Notes: generated from the sequence alone by a model not told the origin. A stretch of DNA of 64,000 bases from an uncultured Chloroflexia bacterium (GCA_963736545.1 CAVTPA010000001.1:1665660-1729659); one strand, 5' to 3'. Shown: positions 1 to 11,865, numbered from the stretch's first letter. Translations and numbers: made by a program.

Positions 1-141
1 CTCGGGACGCCGTGGGAGCTCGCCCGAGCCTGGCCGGACAGCGAGCTCATCATGGTCGACGATGCCGGCCACGGCTCCGGGGCCACCCTCGCCCGCGCCA
101 TCGTGGATGCGACAGACCGCTTCGCGTCCCGGCGCGCCTGA
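1..141 (+). CDS. proline iminopeptidase-like alpha/beta hydrolase, C-terminal fragment (gene starts upstream of the window)
   Basis: Frame 1 is open from nt 1 to TGA at 139-141 and reads LGTPWELARAWPDSELIMVDDAGHGSGATLARAIVDATDRFASRRA. The AGH catalytic-His segment and ATDRF tail resemble prolyl aminopeptidase C-termini as I recall them. Confidence 0.5.
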   Translation, partial: LGTPWELARAWPDSELIMVDDAGHGSGATLARAIVDATDRFASRRA

Positions 142-229
142 GGTGGCCGCCCGGCCGATGGTCCGCCGTACAATCGCGAGGCTCACCCGCTCGCGCCCCC
201 ACGCTTCGCACGTCGAAGGAGCCCCGCCC

Positions 230-1501
230 GTGCCACCCAGCCAGGACCCCGCCCGTCGCGCAGTCGTCACCGGCCTCGGCGCCGTCATGCCCAACGGCAA
301 TGACTTCGAGACGTACTGGCGGAACATGCAGGCCGGGGTCTCCGGCGTCGCGACGATCACCAGCTTCGACCCGACGGGCTTCGAGGTGCGGATCGCGGCC
401 GAGGTGAAGGGCTTCGACCCGGGCGTCGGCATGGATCCCAAGATGGCCCGCCGGATGAGCCGCTTCATCCACTTCGCGATGGCGGCCGGGAAGGAGGCCG
501 TGGCGCACGCCGGCCTCGACTTCGCGGCCATGACCCAGGAGCAGAAGGACCGTGTCGGCGTCGTCGTCAACACCGGCGGCGGCGGGATCGAGGAGATCAT
601 CGAGGGGACGCACACGGCCGACACCCGCGGGCCGCGCTTCGTCAGCCCGTTCGCGATCCCCGCCCTGTCGGGTTCGATGGCCGCCTGCATGCTGTCGATG
701 GAGTGGGGCCTCACCGGGCCGGTGATGGCCCAGACGGCGGCCTGCGCCACGTCGGTCATCGCCTTCCACGACGCCCTCCGGCTCATCCAGTCCGGCGAGG
801 TCGATGTCGTCCTGGCCGGCGGCAGCGAGGCGCCGGTGCTCCCGGTCGGGATCGCCGCGCTCGGCAACATGGGCGCCCTCAGCAAGCGCAACGACGAGCC
901 CGAGCGGGCGAGCCGGCCGTTCGACCGCGACCGCGACGGCTTCGTCCTCGGCGAGGGCGGGGGCGTCGTCGTCGTCGAGTCGCTGGCCCACGCGCTCGCG
1001 CGCGGCGCCACGCCGATCGCCGAGGTGCTCGGTGGCGCACTCACGGCCGATGCATTCCACATCTCCGCCCCGGAGCCGACGGGCCGCGGCGCGACCCGGG
1101 CGATGTCGCTTGCCCGGGAGCACGCCGGCGTGACCGCCGACGAGGTCGACTGGGTCGTCGCCCACGGCACGTCGACGCCGCTCAACGACGTGACCGAGAC
1201 GCGGGCGATCAAGGCCTCGTTCGGGCCGCACGCCGCGAAGGTCGCGGTGAGCTCGCCGAAGTCGATGGTCGGTCACCTCGTCGGCGCAGCGGGGATCGCC
1301 TCGGCGCTCGTGGCGATCGGCGGCATCCGCGACCAGGTCATCTCGCCGACGGCGAACCACGAGAACCCCGACCTGCCGGAATGCGACCTCGATTACGTGC
1401 CGCTCGTCGCCCGCAAGGCGAAGGTCGACACGGTCATGGTCAACGGCTTCGGCTTCGGCGGCCAGAACGCGGTCGCGATCTTCCGGCGCTACGTCGGATA
1501 G
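230..1501 (+). CDS. fabF: beta-ketoacyl-ACP synthase II
   Basis: RRAVVTGLGAVMPNGN start, active-site ACATS, HGTSTPLND and GFGFGGQN motifs. GTG at 230 lies 8 nt after GAAGGAG. The ORF-track start at 62 is an upstream shadow extension. Confidence 0.9.
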   Translation: MPPSQDPARRAVVTGLGAVMPNGNDFETYWRNMQAGVSGVATITSFDPTGFEVRIAAEVKGFDPGVGMDPKMARRMSRFIHFAMAAGKEAVAHAGLDFAAMTQEQKDRVGVVVNTGGGGIEEIIEGTHTADTRGPRFVSPFAIPALSGSMAACMLSMEWGLTGPVMAQTAACATSVIAFHDALRLIQSGEVDVVLAGGSEAPVLPVGIAALGNMGALSKRNDEPERASRPFDRDRDGFVLGEGGGVVVVESLAHALARGATPIAEVLGGALTADAFHISAPEPTGRGATRAMSLAREHAGVTADEVDWVVAHGTSTPLNDVTETRAIKASFGPHAAKVAVSSPKSMVGHLVGAAGIASALVAIGGIRDQVISPTANHENPDLPECDLDYVPLVARKAKVDTVMVNGFGFGGQNAVAIFRRYVG

Positions 1502-1568
1502 GCAAGGGGGCGCCGGGGCGCGCCACCGGTCGCCCGCTGCCGCGGCGACGCGGCGGTACGCTTCATCC

Positions 1569-2081
1569 GTGAGCGGCCTCCGCCTCCCTCCCTGGCTCCG
1601 GCGCGGCCTCGAGGCCGGAGTCTTCGCCGCCCTGCTGGGCTCGATCACGGTCGTCGTGCTGACCTGGGAGGAGCGCGTGCCCGGGCCGATCATCCTGCCC
1701 GGCGGGCTCGGCGCGGCGGTGACGCTCGCGCTCCCGGTGCTCTCGATCGGCGTCCTCGCGGTCGCCTACCCGGTCGTCTTCGCCGCCACGCGCGGCGACG
1801 CGATCCTCGGCGCCATCACCGGCTGGATCGTCGGCGCCGACCTCCTGGCGATCGTCACGGTCCTGATCGACCAGCGGATCCTCCTCCTGGGGCCGGGCAT
1901 CGCCGTGCCGCTCGGGATCGTGGCCGGGCTGCTGGCGGCGCCGGCTGCTCTCGCCGGGCTGCTCGCAGCCGAGCTCTTCACGCCGCTCGGATTCGGCCGG
2001 CGGGCCGGCCGGCTGGCGGCCGCGGTGGCCGGAATCGTGGGCGCGCTGATCCTCGTCGTGGTCGTGCCGGCGATCGCCTGA
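1569..2081 (+). CDS. hypothetical polytopic membrane protein
   Basis: 170-aa ORF, almost entirely hydrophobic helices (about 5 TM), high third-position G+C. No recognisable motif. Confidence 0.5.
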   Translation: MSGLRLPPWLRRGLEAGVFAALLGSITVVVLTWEERVPGPIILPGGLGAAVTLALPVLSIGVLAVAYPVVFAATRGDAILGAITGWIVGADLLAIVTVLIDQRILLLGPGIAVPLGIVAGLLAAPAALAGLLAAELFTPLGFGRRAGRLAAAVAGIVGALILVVVVPAIA

Positions 2082-2212
2082 GCAACACCCTTCGGGCGAG
2101 GTGGCGGGCGCTGGCCGCCACCAGCCCGCCACGCGTCGGTCACGCTGTCGACCATGCTGGCGGTCGGTGCGATACTCCCCGGGCGATCCGTTCGCGGATC
2201 GCAGGAGGTCCC

Positions 2213-3973
<1,761 letters not shown>

Positions 3974-4022
3974 CCGCAGCCGCGGCGAGCTCGCTGACCG
4001 CCCACGACCCGCGTCGCGATGC

Positions 4023-6854
4023 CTACTCGACCTCGAAGATCGCCGCCTCCAGCGCGCCGCCCATGCCGGGGTCCATGCCGTCCATCGGGTCGGCCGCAAG
4101 CGCCGTCCCCTCCGCGGGGACACACGAGAGCGCGTACGCGCCGGGCGTGTCGAGCGCGAAGCGGGCCGACTGCTCCTGGCCCGGGCGCGGGTTCAGCTCG
4201 ACCTTCGGAGCTCCCGGCAGCAGGCAGACGTACAGCGTGGCGGTGTCGTTCGTGAGGGTGACGAGCACCTGTTCGCCGGCCGCCACCCGGTAGGTGGGGG
4301 CGGGATCGCCCAGCGAGGAGGCGGCCACCGGCACCGGCACGGCGTTCGCGTCGAGCCAGCGGTTCACCCCGATGAAGCCCGCCGCGATCGCGACCGCGAT
4401 CCCCGCGATCACCGCGAGGTACGCCGCGTCCTTCACCCGCGTCCACGTCGCGTGGCGCGAGGCCGCCAGGACGGCTGCCGGCCGCGGGTCGTAGCCGCGA
4501 AGGCGGAGGGAGTTCGAGATGACCGACACCGACGAGAGGGCCATCGCCCCGGCGGCGAGCGCCGGGTTGAGCGTGATCCCGAAGGTCGGGTACAGGATCC
4601 CCATCGCGACCGGGATGAGGAGGACGTTGTAGGCGAAGGCCCAGAACAGGTTCTGGCGGATGACGGCCATCGTCCGCCGCGAGAGGGCGATCGCGGCGAC
4701 GACGCCGCGCGGATCGCCGCCGACGAGCGTGATGTCGGAGGCCTCGATGGCGACATCGGCGCCGGTCCCGATCGCCACGCCGAGATCGGCCGCGGCCAGC
4801 GCCGGTGCGTCGTTGATCCCGTCGCCGACCATGGCGACGACCTTGCCGCGGGCCCGCAGCTCCTCGACGACCGCCGCCTTGTCCCCGGGGAGCACCTGGG
4901 CCCGGACGCGCTCGACGGGGATCCCGACCTGGGCGGCGACGGACTCGGCGGTGGCCCGGTGGTCGCCGGTGACGAGCCAGGCTTCGATGCCGGCAGCTGC
5001 CAGCGCCCGCACGGCCTCGGCCGACTCCGCCTTGACGGGATCGGCGATCGCGAGCAGCCCGGCCGGCGCTCCGTCGACGGCGACGAAGACCGGGGTGTGG
5101 CCCTGCGCCGCATGGCCCTCGCCGGCGGCCCCCAGCTCGCCTAGGTCCACCCCGCGCTCGGCGAGGAAGCGGGCGCTGCCGACCAGGACGACACGGCCGT
5201 CGACGGTGGCCTCGGCGCCGCCGCCGGCCGTCGCCTCGAACGCGTCGCCGCCGGGGAACGCGAGGCCGCGGTCGCGTGCCGCCGCCAGGATCGCGCTCGC
5301 CAACGGGTGCTCCGAGCCGGCTTCGACGGCGGCGGCCAGGCGGAGGAGGTCGTCGGGGGCCAGCTCGCCGACGGGGACCACCTCGGCGACGGCCGGCTTG
5401 CCGCGCGTGAGCGTGCCCGTCTTGTCGAGGATCACCGCGGTCACGCGGTGGGCGTTCTCCAGGGCCTCGCCGCCGCGGACGAGGATCCCGGCCTCGGCGC
5501 CGCGCCCGGTGCCGACCATGATCGCGGTCGGCGTCGCGAGGCCCATCGCGCAGGGGCAGGCGATGATGACGACCGTGATGAAGGATGCGAGGGCGAGCGT
5601 GACCTTCGGCTCGGGCCCGAGGACGAACCAGAGCCCGAAGGTGAGCGCCGCGACGACGAGGACGATCGGCACGAAGATCCCGCTGATCCGGTCGGCCAGC
5701 CGCTGGATCGGGGCCTTGCTCCCCTGCGCGCGGCGGACCATCTCGACGATCTGGGCGAGGGCGGTCTCGCTCCCGACGCGGGTCGCCCGCATGACGAAGC
5801 TGCCGGTCGTGTTCAGGGTCGCCCCGATCACCTCGTCGCCCTTCGACTTCGTGACCGGCATCGCCTCGCCGGTGAGCATCGCCTCGTCGAGCGCGCTCGA
5901 GCCCTCGACGAGGACGCCGTCGACCGGCACCTTCTCGCCCGGGCGGACGCGCAGGAGGTCGCCCGGCTGGACCTGGTCGACCGGGATGTCGACGTCGCCG
6001 TCGGCCCGGACGACCCGGGCGGTCTTCGCCTGGAGCCCGACGAGCCGCCGGATCGCGCCGGTCGTGCGGCCCTTCGCCCGGCTTTCGAGCCACTTCCCGA
6101 GGAGGATGAGGCCGATGATGATCGTGGAGGAGTCGAAGTAGGTTTCGGCCGGGAGGCCGGCCCGCATGATCACCCCCGGGTACATCGTCACGAAGACCGA
6201 GTATCCCCAGGCCGCGCTCGTGCCGACGGCGACGAGCGTGCTCATGTTCGTGCCACCGTGGCGGGCCGTCCGCCAGGCCGCCTCGTAGAAGCGGCGCCCG
6301 GCCCAGAACTGGACGAACGTCGCCGGCCAGAGGGCCAGCCGGTTGACGTCGGCCATCGACAGCGGGAAGGGGCCGAACATCAGGACCATGATCCCGACCG
6401 CGACGCCGATGCTGACGGCCGACTGGATCCCGAGCTCGCGCTGCTCGCGGGCGCGCAGCCGCTCGGTCTCGTCGAGCTCCGAGTCGACGGCGGCGGTCCC
6501 GGTTGCGGCGGCCGCCGCTCGGCTGCCGCCGGCCGCCTGCGCCTCCGCCGCCTCGAGCGCGCCCGGGCGCACCTCGTAGCCCGCCTTCTCGATCGCCCCG
6601 ACGAGCTCGGCCCGCCCGACGGCGTCCGGCAGGAAGCGGATCGTGGCGACCTCGGTGGCGAGATTGACGTTCGCCTCGACGACGCCGTCCGTCTTGCGCA
6701 GGAATCGCTCGATCCGGTTGCTGCACGAGGCACACGTCATCCCGACGACCGGGAACGAGACCTCGGCCGGCTGCGCGGGGGACGCCGTGGCCGGGGCCGG
6801 CTCGACAGGCGGGCCCGGCTGGGCGAGTGGGGTGGTGGGGACGCTCGAGCTCAT
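4023..6854 (-). CDS. copA: copper-translocating P1B-type ATPase with an extra C-terminal TM helix and beta-sandwich (cupredoxin_1-like) domain
   Basis: N-terminal [18 protein letters not shown] motif ([13 protein letters not shown]), [15 protein letters not shown]. The last ~150 aa (nt 4023-4478) extend beyond the normal end of CopA. Confidence 0.9.
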   Translation of the reverse strand: MSSSVPTTPLAQPGPPVEPAPATASPAQPAEVSFPVVGMTCASCSNRIERFLRKTDGVVEANVNLATEVATIRFLPDAVGRAELVGAIEKAGYEVRPGALEAAEAQAAGGSRAAAAATGTAAVDSELDETERLRAREQRELGIQSAVSIGVAVGIMVLMFGPFPLSMADVNRLALWPATFVQFWAGRRFYEAAWRTARHGGTNMSTLVAVGTSAAWGYSVFVTMYPGVIMRAGLPAETYFDSSTIIIGLILLGKWLESRAKGRTTGAIRRLVGLQAKTARVVRADGDVDIPVDQVQPGDLLRVRPGEKVPVDGVLVEGSSALDEAMLTGEAMPVTKSKGDEVIGATLNTTGSFVMRATRVGSETALAQIVEMVRRAQGSKAPIQRLADRISGIFVPIVLVVAALTFGLWFVLGPEPKVTLALASFITVVIIACPCAMGLATPTAIMVGTGRGAEAGILVRGGEALENAHRVTAVILDKTGTLTRGKPAVAEVVPVGELAPDDLLRLAAAVEAGSEHPLASAILAAARDRGLAFPGGDAFEATAGGGAEATVDGRVVLVGSARFLAERGVDLGELGAAGEGHAAQGHTPVFVAVDGAPAGLLAIADPVKAESAEAVRALAAAGIEAWLVTGDHRATAESVAAQVGIPVERVRAQVLPGDKAAVVEELRARGKVVAMVGDGINDAPALAAADLGVAIGTGADVAIEASDITLVGGDPRGVVAAIALSRRTMAVIRQNLFWAFAYNVLLIPVAMGILYPTFGITLNPALAAGAMALSSVSVISNSLRLRGYDPRPAAVLAASRHATWTRVKDAAYLAVIAGIAVAIAAGFIGVNRWLDANAVPVPVAASSLGDPAPTYRVAAGEQVLVTLTNDTATLYVCLLPGAPKVELNPRPGQEQSARFALDTPGAYALSCVPAEGTALAADPMDGMDPGMGGALEAAIFEVE

Positions 6855-6869
6855 ACTCCCCCGGAGTAT
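6853..6869. promoter_or_regulatory. perfect 7-3-7 palindrome ATACTCC-CCC-GGAGTAT overlapping the copA start codon; candidate CsoR-type operator
   Basis: Read directly. The arms are exact reverse complements, and the C/G-rich core flanked by ATAC/GTAT resembles CsoR operators (ATACCC..GGGTAT type) as I recall them. Confidence 0.35.
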
Positions 6870-6942
6870 ATCACCCGGCTGTCAAGAGGCAGTCGGTCGG
6901 ACGGGCCGGATGGACCTTGACGGCGTTCGTCGCCGGCGGACG

Positions 6943-7245
6943 ATGGTCACCATGGCCGAGAAGAAGACGGGCGACCCGAGGGACGGCGAGCAGCACGTCG
7001 GCGGTGCTCAATTCGTGCCGATCGCCGCCCCCATCTCGCACATCGCGATCATCGTTCCGGGACCGCTCACCGCCGGGCGGCCGAAGCCCGAGCCGGAAGA
7101 GCGCTGGACGCTCGCCCCGGGCCATCATCACGGGCCTGCGACCGACGCGAACGGCGAGGCACCCGCGGAGGCGGCGCCGGTCGAGCCGGTCCGGGGGATG
7201 GTGACCCGGCCGGCGGCGGAGGACTCCGAGCCCGAGCCGGCCTGA
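6943..7245 (+). CDS. hypothetical small His-containing protein divergent from copA
   Basis: High third-position G+C in this frame. Reads MVTMAEKKTGDPRDGEQH...APGHHHGP.... Alternative ATG at 6910. No known motif. Confidence 0.3.
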   Translation: MVTMAEKKTGDPRDGEQHVGGAQFVPIAAPISHIAIIVPGPLTAGRPKPEPEERWTLAPGHHHGPATDANGEAPAEAAPVEPVRGMVTRPAAEDSEPEPA

Positions 7246-7272
7246 CGCGCGGCCGAGCCACCGGCCGCAACC

Positions 7273-7965
7273 ATGCCCGCCCGGGCGTCCGCCCGACGAT
7301 ACACTCCGGCGATGCCGAGCCTCGCCGGTCTGCCCGCCGCCGCGCACCGATCCGCCACGCAGCGATCCGCCGCGCCGGAGCCGGCCGCGGTCGCAGTGCT
7401 CGCGACGCCCGTCGGGCCCCTCCACGCCGCCGCGACCGGCGAGGGGATCATCGGGCTCGAGCTCCGGACCACCGACGAGGCCTTCGCCGCCTCGATCCGT
7501 GCACGCACGCGCCGCGCCATCGTGCCGGCGGCCGATCCCGCCGCGTCGCCCGCCGCCCGCGCCCACCTGGCCGAGCTCGAACGCGAGGTCGCCGAGCACC
7601 TGGCCGGGTCGCGCGACGAGTTCGCGGTGCCGGTCGTCCTCGAGGGCTGCTCGGAGTGGGATCGCCGGGTCCTCGAGGGAGTCCGGACGATCCCGCGCGG
7701 TGGGACCGCCTCGTACGGGGAGATCGCGCGGCGGATCGGTCGGCCGGGGGCCGCGCGCGCCGTCGGCGGCGCCGTCGGGCGCAACCCGGTCGGACTCCTC
7801 GTCCCCTGCCACCGGGTGATCGCCGGCGATGGGACACTCGGCGGCTACGGCGGCAGCTGGTTCGGCAGCCGTGAGGAGTTGCTGGGCTTGAAGGAGCGGC
7901 TGCTCGAGCTCGAGGGCGTGGTGCCGCCGCCCCGTTCGGCGCCCCGGTCGGTCGGTCGGCCGTGA
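7273..7965 (+). CDS. ogt: methylated-DNA--protein-cysteine methyltransferase
   Basis: Active-site PCHRVI and GGYGG motifs. The stop overlaps the next start (GTGA at 7962-7965). The exact start is uncertain (ATG 7273 or 7312). Confidence 0.85.
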   Translation: MPARASARRYTPAMPSLAGLPAAAHRSATQRSAAPEPAAVAVLATPVGPLHAAATGEGIIGLELRTTDEAFAASIRARTRRAIVPAADPAASPAARAHLAELEREVAEHLAGSRDEFAVPVVLEGCSEWDRRVLEGVRTIPRGGTASYGEIARRIGRPGAARAVGGAVGRNPVGLLVPCHRVIAGDGTLGGYGGSWFGSREELLGLKERLLELEGVVPPPRSAPRSVGRP

Positions 7966-8558
7966 CGATCCTGCGGGCCTACCGGCAGCTGCTCGGCAAC
8001 GGGCCGCTGACCCGTCTCCTCGTCGGCGAGTTCGTCTCGTCGATCGGCGACTGGCTCTACCTCGTGGCGATCCTCATCCTGGTCTACCAGGTCACCGAGG
8101 ACCCCTTCGTGCTCGGGCTCGTCGGTGCTGCCCGCGTCCTCCCCTACCTCTTCCTGTCGATCCCGGCCGGCATCGTCGCGGACCGGTTCGACCGCCGCCT
8201 CGTCCTCCTCTCGACCGACGTCGCCCGCGGGATCCTCATGCTCGTCATTGCCGCGGTGGTCTTCGTCGACGGGCCGATCTGGATCGTGATCGCGCTGGCG
8301 ATCGGCGGGACCTGCTTCGCCACGTTCTTCGGGCCGGCGATCGGCGCCTATCTGCCGACGCTCGTCGCCGACGAGGAGCAGCTGGGGCCGGCCAACAGCG
8401 CCTGGTCGACGCTCGACAACCTCGCCTTCATGATCGGGCCGGCGGTGGCCGGCATCCTCATCGCCACCGGCGGGCTCGTCATTGCCTTCCTCCTCAACGC
8501 GGCGAGCTTCGCCGTCATCGCGGTCGTCCTCTGGGGGCTTCCTCGCAGCCGGCCGGCC

Positions 8559-8593
8559 GACGCGCGACGGCGGCAGACGCGCCGACGGCGGCC
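8559..8593 (+). repeat. 17 + 18 nt tandem duplication (GACGCG-CGACGGCGGCA / GACGCGCCGACGGCGGCC); the missing C causes the first frame change
   Basis: Read directly. Restoring one C gives an in-frame DAPTAA-DAPTAA-PSDAPTT loop. Confidence 0.8.
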
Positions 8594-9499
8594 CCGAGCG
8601 ACGCGCCGACGACGAACCCGACCCACGAGCCCGCAACGGCGATCGAGCCACCGACGCCGGCGGGGGCGCGGGCAGGTATCCCCACGGCCGTGCTCCTGCC
8701 GGTCGTCGGGCTCGGGATCGTCGACGTCGTGGGGGCGATGGCCGGCGGCGGCCTCTCGGTCCTCACCGTCGTCATCGCGACGACCGAGCTCGGCGGTGGC
8801 GAGGAGGCAACCGGCTTCCTCAACGCCGGGATCGGGCTCGGCGGCTTCATCGGGGCGATCATCGCCGGGGCGCTCGTGCTGCGGCCCAGCCTCGTCCCGG
8901 TGCTCGTCGCCGGGTCGGTGGTCTACGGGGCCGGGCTCGCCGCGCTGGGCTACGCGCCGGCGCTCGGGATCGCGTTCCTGGCGATCGCCGTGGCGGCGGC
9001 GGGGAGCCTGCTCGTCGAGGTGACGAGCACGACGGTCTTCCAACGCGCCGTACCGGACGTGATCCGCGGCCGCGCGATCGGCATCCTCGGGACGATCTCG
9101 ATGGCCGCCTTCGCCGGCGGGTCGTTCCTCCTCCCGGTCGCGAGCGGCTATGTCGGCGTCGGTCCGGTGCTGCTGGCGACCGGGATCGCGATCGCCGCCG
9201 CCGGCGTCGTCGGGGCGATGCTGGCGGCCCCGGCGGCGCGTCGGAGCACGGGCTCGACGGCCGACGTCCGCGTCACGCGCCTCGCAGGCCTGCCGCTCTT
9301 CGCCGGCGTCCCGGCCGCCACGCTGGAGGCGATCGCGGTGAAGCTGGCACCGGTGGCGGTCGCGGCGGGCGCGGTCGTGATCCGCCAGGGCGAACCGGCC
9401 GACCGCTTCTACATCATCGAGGAGGGCCGGTTCGAGGTGACGCAGGTGCCCGAAGCGGGAGCGGAGGCGGCACCCGGCGCCGGCACGGCCGCGGCGGCC

Positions 9500-9555
9500 G
9501 GCCGTCCCGAGGCGGCCAGGCCGTCCCGAGGCGCCAGGCCGTCCCGAGGCGGCCC
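9500..9555 (+). repeat. 19 + 18 + 19 nt tandem repeat (GGCCGTCCCGAGGCG(G)CCA) encoding GRPEA(A/P); an extra G causes the second frame change
   Basis: Read directly. Unit 1 has GGCGGCCA where unit 2 has GGCGCCA. Confidence 0.8.
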
Positions 9556-10111
9556 TGCACCTCCGGACGATGGGCCCGGGCGAGGTCTTCGGCGAGATCG
9601 GCCTCCTCCGCTCGGTCCCCCGGACGGCGACTGTCACGGCCGGCACGGCCGGTCGGCTTCTCGCGCTGAACGGATCGGACTTCCTGGAGCTCGTCAACGC
9701 CGGCCCGCTCGTGCGACCACGCCTCATCGACCTCCACCGCGGCGGGTCCGGCGCCGGGTACTGATGGCCCGGACCGGCGGCTCCGGGGCACCCGCTCCGG
9801 GGCACCCGGCCCGGGGAGCAAGCTCGCCGTTTATCAGTCGCACGACTACGAGGCGCCCTCCAGGGGATAGCGGCGCGGCTCGAACGGCGGCGGACCTCGC
9901 GCTTCGCCATGATCGACCCGGGCGCGGAGCACGGGCGGAGCGAGACGCACCCATCCCGGAGTCGCATCCCGCTCTCCGACGGCGGAGAGAACGGTCGCGA
10001 TGGCCGATCTGTCTGGTCGCTAGTCATGGGGCTGATATCGACGCACGTTTGTCCCGGCCGGCGCCACCCAGCTGGGAGCACAGCCGCTCGGCCGGTGGGA
10101 GGCGCCGGGTA

Positions 10112-10200
10112 CGACCGGCCCGAGCCGCGCGGCGACCGACCGGCCCGAGCCGCGCGGCGACCGAGCGGCCCGAGCCGCGCGGCGACCGAGCGGCCCGCTC
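10112..10200. repeat. 25-bp tandem repeat x3.5 (CGA(C/G)CGGCCCGAGCCGCGCGGCGAC); each unit contains the palindrome GCCGCGCGGC
   Basis: Read directly. It ends 7 nt from the S8 peptidase stop codon, in the convergent intergenic region. Confidence 0.85.
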
Positions 10201-10207
10201 GGCTCCC

Positions 10208-11041
10208 CTACCGCGCCGGCGGCTCCGAGGCCGTCGCCGCGAGGATCGCCTTCACCTCGAACGGCGAGGCGTGCGGGTGAGCGGCCCGGATGAGCGCCGC
10301 GTAGCCGGCGACGTGGGGTGCCGCGAACGAGTTCCCCGTCGCGACGATCCGTCCGCCGTCGCGCCAGGCGACGTTCACGTCGACGCCGTAGGCCCCGAAC
10401 TCCACGGGCGGGTCCGGGTTGTAGAACCAGGCGTCGGGGTCGGCGAGGTCGTGCGCGGCGACCGAGACGACGGAGGCGAACAGCGACGGGTAGCTGTTCC
10501 CGGGGACGTTGTTGGCGGCGCAGACGAGGAGGACGTTGGCGAAGTAGGCCCGGTCGGCGAGATCGTGGAAGAGCCCGAAGAGCGCGTCGCTCTTCGACGA
10601 CAGGCTGAGGTTGACGACGCTCGCCCCCTGCTCGATCGCCCAGTCGAGGCCGGCCGCGAAGACGATCCCTTTGCCGCGGTTGTCGGGGCCGAGCACGCGC
10701 ACCGACACGATGTCGGCCTCCGGAGCGATCGCGTGGATGATGCCCGCGCAGGCCGTGCCATGCCCGACGACGTCGAGGCCGTCCGGGTCGTCGCCGATGA
10801 CGGGGTCGTCGGCCGGGTCGGGGGCCAGCTCCACCCGGACGCTCCGAATGAGCTTGCCGCCCACGGCCGGGTGGTCGCGCTCCACGCCCGAGTCGATGAC
10901 GGCGACCGTGACGCCGCGCCCGGCCGTGGCGCCGAGCGCCCACTCCCGGGTGACGCCGCCGAACGGCGAGCTGCGGCGCAGGTCGGCGAGACGATCCCCG
11001 ACGAACGGCTCGCTCCAGGCCGGAAGCAGGTCCCCGCTCAT
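10208..11041 (-). CDS. S8 (subtilisin-family) serine peptidase with no signal peptide
   Basis: Catalytic triad contexts VAVIDSGV (Asp), GHGTACAG (His) and GNSFAAPHVAG (Ser). ATGA overlap with the upstream GAF gene. Confidence 0.85.
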   Translation of the reverse strand: MSGDLLPAWSEPFVGDRLADLRRSSPFGGVTREWALGATAGRGVTVAVIDSGVERDHPAVGGKLIRSVRVELAPDPADDPVIGDDPDGLDVVGHGTACAGIIHAIAPEADIVSVRVLGPDNRGKGIVFAAGLDWAIEQGASVVNLSLSSKSDALFGLFHDLADRAYFANVLLVCAANNVPGNSYPSLFASVVSVAAHDLADPDAWFYNPDPPVEFGAYGVDVNVAWRDGGRIVATGNSFAAPHVAGYAALIRAAHPHASPFEVKAILAATASEPPAR

Positions 11042-11865
11042 CGCTCCGCTGCGCGGCGCCGGAGACCTCGGGGTCCGCGGGCGCCGGCACCGCTCGCCCG
11101 CGGTCCGCCGTCGCGCTCGGCCTGGCGGACGAGCACCGCGAGAAGCGCGGTCACGAGCTCAACCTGCTCGGGCGCAGCCCGGCGGAGCGCGGCCACCTGC
11201 TCCACGAGCGGCCAGAGCGGGTCGTCCGGACCCCCCACGTCGGCGACGGCTGCCTCGACGAGCGCGTCCACGCCGGCGGCCGGCGCGTCGTCGCCGGCGA
11301 GCGCCCCGAGGACGGCGCCGAGGAGCCCGGCCACGTCGCGCTCGACCCGGCTGGCCCGGATCGCAACCGACGCCTGGCGGGCGAAGACCCCCGCCAGCTC
11401 GACGTCGCGGATCGAGAAGGTCGCCTCGCTGCGCTTGTCGAGCACCTCGAGGACACCGATCGTGCCCCGGTCGTCGACGAGCGGGACCGCGACGATCGAA
11501 CGCGGGACGTACTGCGTCTGCTCGGCGAAGCTCCGCCCGAAGCGCGGGTCGCGGGCGACGTCGGAGATCGCGAGCGCCTGGCCGGTCGAGAACACGTAGC
11601 CGACGAGGCCGCGGTCGGGCGGGATCTCGAGGCCGACGACGCCCTGCCCCTGGGCGCCGGCGGCGACGCGGAAGACGAGGACGTTGCGCGCCGCGTCGAA
11701 GAGGGCGAGCGAGGCTGCCTCGGCCTCGAACAGGCTGACCGCGGCCGCCACGATCGAGCGGAGGACCGCCTCCGTTCCGCCGAGCTCGAGCCGGCGGGCG
11801 ATCTCGGCCCGGCGACCGATCGCGGCGAGCGCTTCGCGGGCCGCCGCGTCCCGCTCGGCCGTCAC
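11038..11865 (-). CDS. GAF domain protein with a helical C-terminal extension
   Basis: GAF-like core LVGYVFSTGQALAISDVARDPRF...VAVPLVDDRGTIGVLEVLDK. GTGA overlap with the upstream crp-family gene. Confidence 0.8.
   Translation of the reverse strand: MTAERDAAAREALAAIGRRAEIARRLELGGTEAVLRSIVAAAVSLFEAEAASLALFDAARNVLVFRVAAGAQGQGVVGLEIPPDRGLVGYVFSTGQALAISDVARDPRFGRSFAEQTQYVPRSIVAVPLVDDRGTIGVLEVLDKRSEATFSIRDVELAGVFARQASVAIRASRVERDVAGLLGAVLGALAGDDAPAAGVDALVEAAVADVGGPDDPLWPLVEQVAALRRAAPEQVELVTALLAVLVRQAERDGGPRASGAGARGPRGLRRRAAER

Larger units (their letters stand above)
7962..9764 (+). pseudogene. MFS transporter (12-TM type) fused to a C-terminal cyclic-nucleotide-binding domain; reading frame broken twice
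   Basis: Frame A (7962 to about 8558) encodes TM1-6. Frame B (about 8576-9518) encodes the loop, TM7-12 and the start of the cNMP domain (GEPADRFYIIEEGRFEV). Frame A resumes about 9537 with LRTMGPGEVFGEIGLL...*. Both frame changes lie in 17/18/19-nt tandem repeats. Confidence 0.75.
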
